NCBI GenBank assembly: GCA_965263235.1
Contig: OZ253667.1
Coordinates: 770,189 to 834,188, forward strand
Length of the DNA stretch: 64,000 bases
Direction of reading: 5' to 3'
Source: Pseudomonadales bacterium
GTDB taxonomy: Bacteria; Pseudomonadota; Gammaproteobacteria; Pseudomonadales; UBA7434
Part shown: piece by piece, positions 26,944 to 35,652 of the stretch
Layout of the letters: the number at the start of each line of letters is the position of its first letter
Position numbering within the stretch: the stretch's first letter is position 1
The notes under the pieces: generated by a model
What the model was told of the DNA's origin: nothing
Databases searched by the model: none
What the model saw: the letters and a program-made list of their open reading frames with translations, nothing else
Position numbers and translations under genes: made by a program

Positions 26944-28569
26944 ATGAGCTTTGCAGTAAGTTTCGCGCTCGCGTTGTTTCTAAGTTCGGTTCTGGTGCCG
27001 ATGATGGTGCGTTTGGCTCCAGCACTTGGTCTGGTGGATCAGCCTGACGCGCGTAAGGTTCACGCTCAACCGATTCCGCGTGCGGGCGGTGTGGCAATTG
27101 TTGTTGCTTTCTTTGTTCCGCTGGTTATCTGGGGCGTTAACCTGGGCCCCTATGTGGCGCTAATGCTTGGGGCGGCCATCATTGCCTTTTTTGGTTTTCT
27201 TGATGATCGTCATGATCTTTCTTATCAATGGAAGTTTGCCGCACAAATACTCGCGGTGGCTGTTTTCCTGGCAGGCAATGTTGAAATCACCAAGACACCT
27301 TTCGCAGGGCTGGGCAATGTCGTGCCGTGGCTCAGCTATCCTGTGCTGGCGTTATTTATTCTCGGCGTGACTAACGCGGTTAACCTGAGTGATGGATTGG
27401 ATGGATTGGCAGCGGGCTCAAGTTTGCTGAGCTTTGTTTTTGTCGCGCTACTATCTTATGGCGCTGGTGATTACGCGCTGACAATGATGGCGGTTTGTGT
27501 GATGGGCGCGTTAATGGGCTTTTTGCGTTTTAACACACACCCCGCGTCCATTTTTATGGGGGATGCCGGTAGCCAGTTTCTTGGATTTATGGCGGCATGC
27601 CTGGCAGTTCTTGTTACTCAGTCGGAAAACTGCGCGGTAAGCCCTGTACTTGCAGTGCTAATTGTTGGGCTGCCTATATTAGATACGCTGATGGTTATCG
27701 CTTTGCGTATTCGTTCGGGGCATTCCCCTTTTCAGCCTGACCAGCGCCATTTGCATCATCAGCTGCTGCGTGCAGGTTTACATCACTATCAGGCGGTAGC
27801 CGGGATATATTTATTTGGGTTTGTCCTTGTGGTGCTTGCGTATGTGCTTCGTTACCAGTCGGATGGTCTGGTGCTGGCAGCTTATGTGTTTTACTGCGCA
27901 GTTGTTCTGTTAGCCTTATTTTGGATGCAGCATGGAAGGCGACCTGAAAGGGTCGACGCCTCTACTGACTCGGATCGACGCAATCCTTTTTTCCGGAGGC
28001 TTGGCTGGTTTCATCGGTACGGTTCGCTATTAGTAGGCTTATTACTTGCGGTTACCGTTTTATCTATGGTGATTGTTGGAAGGCCCGATGCATCGGTAGT
28101 GACTAAATCTCTGTTGTTGACTTACGGAGGCCTATTGGCGATTTGGTGGTTGGTTCAGCAGGTCAACGTTTTTAATAGAACAATGATTTATATGGCGTGT
28201 GCAGGTGCGCTTTATATTGGTACCTACCATCCGGTGCTAGTGTTGACCGAATGGAAGTCTTTGAGCCTGCTTGATGTGTTGCTCGTGGGACTCGCTATCA
28301 CCCTGGCGCTCACTATTCGAACGACTCGCAAAGCGCAGTTTCGATTGGATAACCAGGACTTGCTGGTGCTTTTTATGTTGGTCATAGCGCCAGTGGCGGC
28401 CAATGCGGGGCTGACGGATCAGGCTACTGTAACCGGCGCGGTTGTTCGTTTGGTTGTACTGCTTTATGCCGCCGAATATATTGTATCGCGAGTGGAAAAC
28501 CCGCTTATTTTGAGAGCGTTAATCTCCTGCGCCTGGATGGTGGCGTTGGCCAAAGTCTGGTTCATTTAG
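26944..28569 (+). CDS. WecA/WbpL-like polyprenyl-phosphate HexNAc-1-phosphate transferase (MraY family) with ~200-aa polytopic C-terminal extension
   Basis: 541-aa ORF. Contains GFLDDRHDL, NAVNLSDGLDGLAAG and IFMGDAGSQFLGF (MraY/WecA signature blocks). Residues ~340-541 add about 5-6 further hydrophobic segments. Confidence 0.8.
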   Translation: MSFAVSFALALFLSSVLVPMMVRLAPALGLVDQPDARKVHAQPIPRAGGVAIVVAFFVPLVIWGVNLGPYVALMLGAAIIAFFGFLDDRHDLSYQWKFAAQILAVAVFLAGNVEITKTPFAGLGNVVPWLSYPVLALFILGVTNAVNLSDGLDGLAAGSSLLSFVFVALLSYGAGDYALTMMAVCVMGALMGFLRFNTHPASIFMGDAGSQFLGFMAACLAVLVTQSENCAVSPVLAVLIVGLPILDTLMVIALRIRSGHSPFQPDQRHLHHQLLRAGLHHYQAVAGIYLFGFVLVVLAYVLRYQSDGLVLAAYVFYCAVVLLALFWMQHGRRPERVDASTDSDRRNPFFRRLGWFHRYGSLLVGLLLAVTVLSMVIVGRPDASVVTKSLLLTYGGLLAIWWLVQQVNVFNRTMIYMACAGALYIGTYHPVLVLTEWKSLSLLDVLLVGLAITLALTIRTTRKAQFRLDNQDLLVLFMLVIAPVAANAGLTDQATVTGAVVRLVVLLYAAEYIVSRVENPLILRALISCAWMVALAKVWFI

Positions 28570-28795
28570 TCCGCCGGTGGAGGCGTGTTTTGTCCTCTAC
28601 TTTCCTTTCTTTACACTACTTTACTTCAAGCAGAACTAGAATTTAGGGCTATGCTGAATGGGATGTAATGGTTTTTTTCGGTTGGATATTTGTCCAGCCG
28701 GGGCGAGTCTAGCTAGCTGGTTTAGTGCGCTCCCGCTTAATTCAAAAATATAAATCTCGTTTAAATTTAGTCTCGAAATTTCGGTCAAGAATACT

Positions 28796-31210
28796 ATGAA
28801 ATACGCATTTTCTCCTTTCTCTCGTTTGACAAGGTCAGCAATTTTGGTCGGGGCGTTAGTCGGCTTTTTGGGGCTATCTGGTTGTGGTGAAGGTGAAGAT
28901 CGGCAGGCGAGTTACCTGAAAAGGGCTCAGGATCACTACGCTGAAGAAAACTATGACAAGGCCAGTGTAGATGCAAGAAATGTTCTGCAAATCAATCCCA
29001 AAAATATAGAAGCCAGGGTGATTCTTGCTGATATCGCCTTTGGTGAGGGAAATTTGCGCCGGGCGTTTGGTTCGTATTCCGCGATTATTGAAGAGCAAAG
29101 TGACAACGTCGCTGCCTTGACCGGGCTAAGTAAAATCTATGCTGCCGTTCGAGATTTTCAGCAATCTCTGGATCACGCAGATCGAGCGCTGTTGATCGAG
29201 CCCGAGAACAGCGAACTAATGGGTTTCAAGGCGCTAGCGATGTTGGGTCTAGAGAAAAGCAATGAGGCCTATGAATTGGCGCAGCAAGCGATTGCTATTG
29301 ACGCTGGAAATGCTGCGGCGCTGGGCGTTACAACACAATACTTAAGCGGCCAGGAAAAATTCAAAGAAGCTTTAGATGCGTTAACGAAGGGGCAGGTAGC
29401 CAATCCAGATGACGCGCGGCTGTCGATGATGAAGGTCGGTGTATACCAGGCTTTAAACGATAACGCGGGATTAGAGCAAGAGCTCGTTGGTCTTGCAGCG
29501 CAATTCCCTGATTCTGTTCAGTACTCAGATACTCTGGTACGTTTCTATGTTCGTGAATCTGAACATGCTAAGGCTGAGGAGGCTATTCGCCGTTTTGCTC
29601 AGGACAACCCTGAGTCGTATGAAGCCAAGCGGCGTGTGATTCAGTACTTGTTGCAGCAGGAATCGCAGGATAGCGCTATTGCCCAGGCGCGAGAATACAT
29701 GCAAGCTGATGAAGAAGATACACGTTTGATTAACACGTTAGCTGAAGTTTATTTGTTTACGGGTGATAAGCCCAAGGGAATGGAAGTGCTTCAGCAATCA
29801 ATTGCAACCGACCCCGAAAGCGTTGGTGCGATTGAAGCGCGTACTCGTTTGGTGCAGCTTTTCCTGGCGGACGAAGATATGGATAGCGCTCGCCAAATGA
29901 TCGGCGACATTTTGGCGATAGAGCCGGAAAACGAGTTCGGACTTATGAGTCGTGCTGGCCTGCACCTAAATGATCGCAAGCTTAAAGATGCAATTATTGA
30001 TCTTCGGACGGTCGTAAAAAATAATCCAGAAAACAGACAGGCGCTTAGTGCGCTGGCTCAAACGCAAGAAGCTAACGGTAGTGTTGACCTTGCCCTGGAC
30101 AACTACAAAAAGTTGATGGCACTGGGCGATACCGAAATTCAAACGTTGGCGAGTGCAGCGCGGCTCGCAATTCAGACAGAGCAATATCAAGAGGCGGAGA
30201 AATATATTCGTCTGGCATTGCAGGCAGAGGAGCAGTCTAACAACCCTCGTTTGGTCACCGATCTGGTTAGGTTGCTAGCGCTTAAAGAAGATTGGGCGGC
30301 AGCGCAAGAGTTTGCACAACGCCTGATAGATTCCGACAGCGCCAAGGCGCTTGGTTATTATCTTAAGGGTGGTATCCAGCAGCAGATTGGCGAAGATGGT
30401 GAGGCAATATCTTCGTTCAAAGCTGCGTTAGCAGAACAGCCTGATGCAATTGAAACGATGGCAGCGCTGACGACCTTGATTAGTGAAAAAGAAGGTTTAC
30501 AAGCATCAACGGCTTTTATTGATGATCACTGTAAAGCGCATGCTTCAGCTCCATGTTTATATATCTTAGGTACGCTAAACGCCCAGGGGCAGAATTTTGA
30601 AGCGGCAGAAGCAAGCCTTAAAGAAAGTCTTAATATTAACGACCAATTTGTGCGTAGTTACACTCAGTTGGCAAGGGTTTATGTCGCGAAGCAGGATCTT
30701 GCTGGTTACGAAACAACGCTTCTTGACGGCATTAGCAAAACTGATAACCGTAGCTTAAAGTTTGATTTGGCGACTTACTATTATGGTTCGCAGAGTTATG
30801 AACAAGCAGCCGAGATCTACCGAGGGATTATTGATAAAGCATCGGGCAAAGCCTTAGCTGCAAAAAATAACCTGGCGATGATTTACGCAGAAAATCTGCC
30901 GTCACCAGAGAATATGAAAAAAGCGCGTGCCTTAGTTGCCGATCTGCAAGAAAGTGAGAACGCCGCTTACCTTGATACAGTGGGCTGGGTTAGCTATTTG
31001 TCAGGCGACTACGATACGGCCATCACTTATATTAGAGCAGCGGTGGATAAGCTAGGTTCGGCGGCAATACTGCAATACCATCTGGGGATGGCGTATTTTA
31101 AAGCGGGTGATTCAGAGAACGCCAGGCAGCATTTAACGTTAGCGACGGCGGAAGTTGAATCCCCGTATCCTGGTTATGACGAGGCGATCGAAACATTGCA
31201 GTCGTTGTAG
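28796..31210 (+). CDS. TPR-repeat lipoprotein, PEP-CTERM-system PrsT-like
   Basis: 804-aa ORF. Lipoprotein signal LVGFLGLSGC. The rest is TPR-like repeats throughout (YLKRAQDHYAEENYDKASVDARNVLQINPKNIEARVILADI...). Located two genes downstream of the exosortase. Confidence 0.65.
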   Translation: MKYAFSPFSRLTRSAILVGALVGFLGLSGCGEGEDRQASYLKRAQDHYAEENYDKASVDARNVLQINPKNIEARVILADIAFGEGNLRRAFGSYSAIIEEQSDNVAALTGLSKIYAAVRDFQQSLDHADRALLIEPENSELMGFKALAMLGLEKSNEAYELAQQAIAIDAGNAAALGVTTQYLSGQEKFKEALDALTKGQVANPDDARLSMMKVGVYQALNDNAGLEQELVGLAAQFPDSVQYSDTLVRFYVRESEHAKAEEAIRRFAQDNPESYEAKRRVIQYLLQQESQDSAIAQAREYMQADEEDTRLINTLAEVYLFTGDKPKGMEVLQQSIATDPESVGAIEARTRLVQLFLADEDMDSARQMIGDILAIEPENEFGLMSRAGLHLNDRKLKDAIIDLRTVVKNNPENRQALSALAQTQEANGSVDLALDNYKKLMALGDTEIQTLASAARLAIQTEQYQEAEKYIRLALQAEEQSNNPRLVTDLVRLLALKEDWAAAQEFAQRLIDSDSAKALGYYLKGGIQQQIGEDGEAISSFKAALAEQPDAIETMAALTTLISEKEGLQASTAFIDDHCKAHASAPCLYILGTLNAQGQNFEAAEASLKESLNINDQFVRSYTQLARVYVAKQDLAGYETTLLDGISKTDNRSLKFDLATYYYGSQSYEQAAEIYRGIIDKASGKALAAKNNLAMIYAENLPSPENMKKARALVADLQESENAAYLDTVGWVSYLSGDYDTAITYIRAAVDKLGSAAILQYHLGMAYFKAGDSENARQHLTLATAEVESPYPGYDEAIETLQSL

Positions 31211-31272
31211 GTTTTTAGGCAGGTAATACATTTAAAATGGCAGCCTGGTAAAGGCGTTAGAGGATTATTTGC

Positions 31273-32415
31273 GTGTTGAAGGTTTTAACGGTTTTTGGAA
31301 CGCGTCCCGAAGCAATTAAGATGGCGCCCGTGGTGCGAGCCCTGGACGAGGAAGCTAGTATCGACGCCAAAGTGTGTGTTACGGCGCAGCATCGCCAGAT
31401 GCTAGACCAGGTGTTAGAGCTCTTTGAGATAACACCCGATTTTGACCTCGATATTATGAAGCCAAATCAGGATCTTTATGATCTGACCGCTCGTATCCTG
31501 GTGGCTATGCGCGATGTGTTAGATGAGTTCAAGCCAGATTTAGTGCTGGTGCACGGCGACACAACAACCTGTTTTGCGGTGGGTTTAGCTGCGTTTTATC
31601 GCCAGATTCCGGTCGGTCATGTTGAGGCCGGCTTGCGTACGGGCAATATGTTAGCGCCGTTTCCAGAAGAGGCTAACAGGAGTTTGGTGGGGCGGATAAC
31701 ACAACTACATTTTGCTCCAACTGAGCTATCGCAAAACAATCTAATAGGCGAGTCTGTTGATCCCGCAACCATTGCTGTGACGGGTAATACGGTAATTGAT
31801 GCGCTGCTCTGGGTGATTGGTCGACTAGAACAGTATGACGATTCAGTTTGGCAGCGGGCGCTGGGTGATCGCCTGTTTTCTCGTTTGGCTGATCAAAACA
31901 AGCCTTTGATATTGATTACCGGCCACCGTAGAGAAAACTTTGGCCAGGGTTTTATTGATCTCTGTAATGCCATCAAAACGCTTGCGCAAAGTCACCCCGA
32001 CTGGGAGTTTGTATACCCGGTTCATCTAAACCCAAATGTGCAAAAGCCGGTTTACGAAATCCTCTCAGAGCTAGAAAACGTAAGCCTGATTGAGCCGCAG
32101 GACTATCTGCCGTTTGCCTGGCTAATGAACCGCTCTTCTCTAATTCTCACCGATTCGGGTGGCATCCAGGAAGAAGCGCCTTCGTTAGGTAAGCCGGTGC
32201 TGGTGATGCGAGATGTTACTGAGCGCCCAGAAGCGGTCAATGCAGGCACGGTTCGACTGGTCGGCACTGATGCTGATAAGATCGTTACCAATGTCAACGA
32301 CGTTATGCTTAATGAGGCGGTTTATCAAGCCATGTCTCTGGCGCATAACCCCTATGGTGACGGCAAGGCGTCTCCGCGTATAGTCGAGCGCATAATGCAG
32401 TTTGACAGGGCTTAG
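31273..32415 (+). CDS. wecB: UDP-N-acetylglucosamine 2-epimerase (non-hydrolysing)
   Basis: 380-aa [66 protein letters not shown]. Confidence 0.9.
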   Translation: MLKVLTVFGTRPEAIKMAPVVRALDEEASIDAKVCVTAQHRQMLDQVLELFEITPDFDLDIMKPNQDLYDLTARILVAMRDVLDEFKPDLVLVHGDTTTCFAVGLAAFYRQIPVGHVEAGLRTGNMLAPFPEEANRSLVGRITQLHFAPTELSQNNLIGESVDPATIAVTGNTVIDALLWVIGRLEQYDDSVWQRALGDRLFSRLADQNKPLILITGHRRENFGQGFIDLCNAIKTLAQSHPDWEFVYPVHLNPNVQKPVYEILSELENVSLIEPQDYLPFAWLMNRSSLILTDSGGIQEEAPSLGKPVLVMRDVTERPEAVNAGTVRLVGTDADKIVTNVNDVMLNEAVYQAMSLAHNPYGDGKASPRIVERIMQFDRA

Positions 32416-32613
32416 CAGGGCTTTTACAGTTTCGGCACCAGCGGCCTGTTCAGTCGAGCGACGCATTAATCGCGAATCTTGTGGCATATTCACTGCCACG
32501 TAATCTCCATTCATTCTTCGATTGTCTTGTTCTCGCCTTGTGCGAGAATAGCGCTCTGTTGTTGGAGCGTATTGCTGCCTATTTGGAGTAAATCATTGAA
32601 TATAGAAACCTAC

Positions 32614-33873
32614 ATGCAAGCGGTTGGCGAAGCTGCGAAAGATGCCGCGAGTGTCGTGGCCAACGCCGCGACGGCACAAAAAAACGCTGCGTTGTTGGCA
32701 ATCGCGTCTGAGCTGGGAGCCAGTCGAAGCGCGCTAGCAGAGGCTAATGGGAAAGACCTGGAGCAAGCGCGCAAGAGTGGTTTGGATGATGCTTTACTGG
32801 ATCGCCTGGCACTGACGCCAAAAGTGATTGATGGCATGATCGAAGGCTTACACCAGGTTGCCGCACTTGCTGATCCGATAGGCGAAATTAGTGACATGAC
32901 TTACCGACCTTCTGGCATTCAGGTTGGAAAAATGCGTGTGCCATTGGGTGTTGTCGGTATCATTTATGAGTCGCGTCCAAATGTAACGGTAGAGGCGGCC
33001 AGCCTTTGTTTGAAGTCTGGTAATGCAACGATTTTGCGAGGTGGTTCGGAAGCGAGTCACTCCAATCTGGCAATTGCGCGTTGTGTCGCCGCAGGGCTGG
33101 CGAGTGCCAGGTTGCCGGAAAAAGCGGTGCAGGTGATTGAAACGACCGACAGGGAAGCGGTAGGGCACCTGATTACGATGGAAGACTTTGTCGATGTGGT
33201 GGTGCCACGTGGCGGCAAGGGACTGATCGAGCGGATCAGCCGTGACGCGCGCGTTAGTGTGATCAAACATCTTGACGGCAACTGCCACGTTTATGTGCAC
33301 GACGATGCTGAGCTAAAAATGGCCTGCGATATTGTGATAAATGCTAAAACGCAACGCTATGGAACGTGTAACACGGCAGAATCGCTATTAATCGCTGAGT
33401 CACGGGCGCAAGAGGTGTTGGCTGCGCTGGCACCGATGTTCGCCGCTCACCAGCTAGAGCTGCGGGTCTGCGAAAAGACTAACGCTAAATTAGAGTCACA
33501 TAAGCAGCAAGGCTTAACTGTTACGTTAGCTGACGAGAATGACTGGTATCAGGAATATTTAGCGCCGATATTGGCTGTCAAGCTGGTTGACACGATTGAT
33601 GAAGCTGTCGCCCACATCAATCGTTATAGCTCTCAACATACCGAGTCGATTGTTACTAACAATCATGCGGCGGCAATGCATTTCCTGCGTGCGGTCGATT
33701 CTTCGTCAGTCATGATTAATGCTTCAACGCGATTTGCCGATGGATTTGAGTACGGGCTGGGCGCTGAGATTGGCATTTCGACCGATAAAATCCATGCGCG
33801 TGGCCCTGTCGGTTTAGAGGGTTTAACTTCGCAGAAGTATGTTGTTTTAGGCTCGGGCCAGATTCGTAACTAG
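32614..33873 (+). CDS. proA: Gamma-glutamyl phosphate reductase
   Basis: The 419 aa from ATG 32614 are colinear with Pseudomonas/E. coli ProA ([54 protein letters not shown]). TTG 32596 (7 nt after GGAG) is an alternative start. The track's 32479 start adds an implausible Cys-rich extension. Confidence 0.93.
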   Translation: MQAVGEAAKDAASVVANAATAQKNAALLAIASELGASRSALAEANGKDLEQARKSGLDDALLDRLALTPKVIDGMIEGLHQVAALADPIGEISDMTYRPSGIQVGKMRVPLGVVGIIYESRPNVTVEAASLCLKSGNATILRGGSEASHSNLAIARCVAAGLASARLPEKAVQVIETTDREAVGHLITMEDFVDVVVPRGGKGLIERISRDARVSVIKHLDGNCHVYVHDDAELKMACDIVINAKTQRYGTCNTAESLLIAESRAQEVLAALAPMFAAHQLELRVCEKTNAKLESHKQQGLTVTLADENDWYQEYLAPILAVKLVDTIDEAVAHINRYSSQHTESIVTNNHAAAMHFLRAVDSSSVMINASTRFADGFEYGLGAEIGISTDKIHARGPVGLEGLTSQKYVVLGSGQIRN

Positions 33874-33880
33874 CTTTTTT

Positions 33881-34636
33881 ATGTTGGCGTTATTTGGTGG
33901 CAGTTTTGACCCCGTACATCAAGGGCATTTAAAAACCGCTGAAGCACTGATTGCAACGCTTGGTTTTGAGGCGTTGCATTTTATACCTTGCGGCCAGCAC
34001 GCGTTTGCCAAACAGTTTGCGGTTGGTGACGAGCATCGTATCGGAATGTTGCGTCGAGCCATTAATGCGCTCTCCATAGCAAAGCAATGCAATGTCGATC
34101 TTCGAGAGGTTAACGCGAGCAAAGTCTCATACACTATTGAAACTTGCCGATCAGTTAGACATGAGCAAGGGCAAGACCGTGCGATTAGCCTCGTAGTTGG
34201 TAGTGACGTGCTTGGGCAGTTTCATCAGTGGGAGAGTTGGGCGGCGCTGCTAGACTTTGTTCATTTGTTAGTTATACACCGGCCAGAGGAGGGCAGTGAA
34301 ATACCGGAAGCCCTGGCTGCGGATGAGCTGCTGGATCAATTGCTGGTTCGCGAGTCCGCAAACGAAGGCGTTAGTGATTTTTTGCGAACATACATTGCGC
34401 CCTTTTCGCGTAAGCAGTTTGGCTCGAATGCAAAGGGTTCGGTATCCTGTATTCAGTTGGAAGATATCGCCATGTCTTCAACAAATGTAAGAGCGAGTCT
34501 GGCAGAATTCTGGCGCAGCCATAATGAAAATAAAACTTCGGCTGGTATGGCAGATAATGACTGGCCAGAGACATTGCGTAATAGTTTAAGTGAGCCTGTC
34601 AGGTCATATATTTATTCTCACCGGCTTTACCGTTAG
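33881..34636 (+). CDS. nadD: Nicotinate-nucleotide adenylyltransferase
   Basis: LFGGSFDPVHQGHL (HxGH motif). Conserved position between proA and rsfS. 251 aa, somewhat longer than usual at the C-terminus. Confidence 0.9.
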   Translation: MLALFGGSFDPVHQGHLKTAEALIATLGFEALHFIPCGQHAFAKQFAVGDEHRIGMLRRAINALSIAKQCNVDLREVNASKVSYTIETCRSVRHEQGQDRAISLVVGSDVLGQFHQWESWAALLDFVHLLVIHRPEEGSEIPEALAADELLDQLLVRESANEGVSDFLRTYIAPFSRKQFGSNAKGSVSCIQLEDIAMSSTNVRASLAEFWRSHNENKTSAGMADNDWPETLRNSLSEPVRSYIYSHRLYR

Positions 34637-34684
34637 GCGGCAGTGTCGGTTTATTAGCTTGTTAAGCATATAGTTGGGTTAAAT

Positions 34685-35044
34685 GTGGAAAGTGAACAGT
34701 TAAAAAAAATCGTTCTTGAGGCAATTGATGACCTTAAAGGGCAAGATATAACAGAGTTGTTTGTTGGCGACGTTACATCGGTTGCCGATTGGATGATTAT
34801 TGTGAGTGGCACATCCAGTCGTCATGTCAAATCGCTGGCCAATAATGTTGCCTTAGAAGCAAAGCGCGCTGGTAGCCCTGCAATTAGCATCGAAGGCGAA
34901 GACGAAGGTGAGTGGGTGCTCATCGATTTTGCTGATGTCATTGTCCACGTAATGTTGCCGGAAACACGCCAGTTTTATGATCTTGAGTCTTTGTGGAAAG
35001 TAAAACCGTCTGGTAAAGACGTTACAAATGTCGAGCAAGATTAG
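34685..35044 (+). CDS. rsfS: Ribosome silencing factor
   Basis: 119-aa ORF. LKGQDITELFVGDVTSVADWMIIVSGTSSRHVKSLA is typical RsfS. nadD-rsfS-rlmH synteny. Confidence 0.9.
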   Translation: MESEQLKKIVLEAIDDLKGQDITELFVGDVTSVADWMIIVSGTSSRHVKSLANNVALEAKRAGSPAISIEGEDEGEWVLIDFADVIVHVMLPETRQFYDLESLWKVKPSGKDVTNVEQD

Positions 35045-35055
35045 TTTTTTTAACG

Positions 35056-35550
35056 ATGTCTATTCATGTGATTAGTGCAGCAGGCAAGATGCCAGACCCT
35101 ATTGCGGCGCTATGCGACAACTATAACAAGCGTTTGAGTGCAGAGTATAAGATTCACTGGCAAGATATCCCGCTAGAGGGGAGAGGTAAAAACCAGTCCT
35201 CAAAAAATATTAAGCGTCGCGAAACTACTCGAATTGTCGAGGCGGTGCCATCTGGATCTAGAGTCATTGCGCTCGACGAGCGAGGTAAGCAATACAGCTC
35301 CTCACAGTTTGCTGTTCAGCTTGAACAGTGGCTGCAAAATTATAAGCATGTTAGTTTTGTTATTGGCGGGCCAGACGGTTTGGATTTTGATGTTGATGTG
35401 CCAGGTACAAAACAAAAATCGGGGTGGGCAGATGATAAATGGGCGTTATCAAATCTAACGTTTCCTCATGCTTTGGTGCGGGTAATGCTTGTCGAGCAAG
35501 TTTATCGCGCATGGTCGTTAAAGGCTGGCCACCCTTATCATCGTGAGTAG
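35056..35550 (+). CDS. rlmH: 23S rRNA (pseudouridine1915-N3)-methyltransferase
   Basis: 164-aa ORF with a SPOUT C-terminus (FVIGGPDGL...LSNLTFPHALVRVMLVEQVYRAWSLKAGHPYHRE). Synteny supports the call. Confidence 0.9.
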   Translation: MSIHVISAAGKMPDPIAALCDNYNKRLSAEYKIHWQDIPLEGRGKNQSSKNIKRRETTRIVEAVPSGSRVIALDERGKQYSSSQFAVQLEQWLQNYKHVSFVIGGPDGLDFDVDVPGTKQKSGWADDKWALSNLTFPHALVRVMLVEQVYRAWSLKAGHPYHRE

Positions 35551-35574
35551 AAAAAATAGAGTTGTTTTTAACCC

Positions 35575-35652
35575 GAGCATAATTGGTTGAAGAGTATATT
35601 TGGTTGAAGAGCATATTGGGTTGAAGAGCATGGTGGGTCGATGAGCATAGGC
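35575..35652 (+). repeat. Tandem direct repeat, 17-bp unit x ~4.6, overlapping the mrdA start codon
   Basis: Partial unit gagcataatt, then GGTTGAAGAGTATATTT (35585), GGTTGAAGAGCATATTG (35602), GGTTGAAGAGCATGGTG (35619) and GGTCGATGAGCATAGGC (35636, which contains the mrdA ATG at 35641). Confidence 0.9.

Noticed and set aside
28717-28731. Possible sigma54 -24/-12 element (cTGGtttagtGCGCt) upstream of the TPR lipoprotein gene
   Set aside because: The GG-to-GC spacing is 8 or 10 nt rather than the required 12 (first G of the GG to the G of the GC), and the flanking consensus bases are missing. A similar TGGCAGGGTATGCGC at ~61656 upstream of lpxC fails for the same reason.
32479-32613. N-terminal 45-codon extension of proA given by the ORF track ([14 protein letters not shown]...), plus the antisense ORFs 32185-32514 and 32848-33300
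   Set aside because: The extension is Cys/hydrophobic-rich and absent from ProA homologues. ProA alignment begins at MQAVGEAAK (ATG 32614, or TTG 32596). The antisense ORFs overlap wecB/proA and are shadow ORFs.
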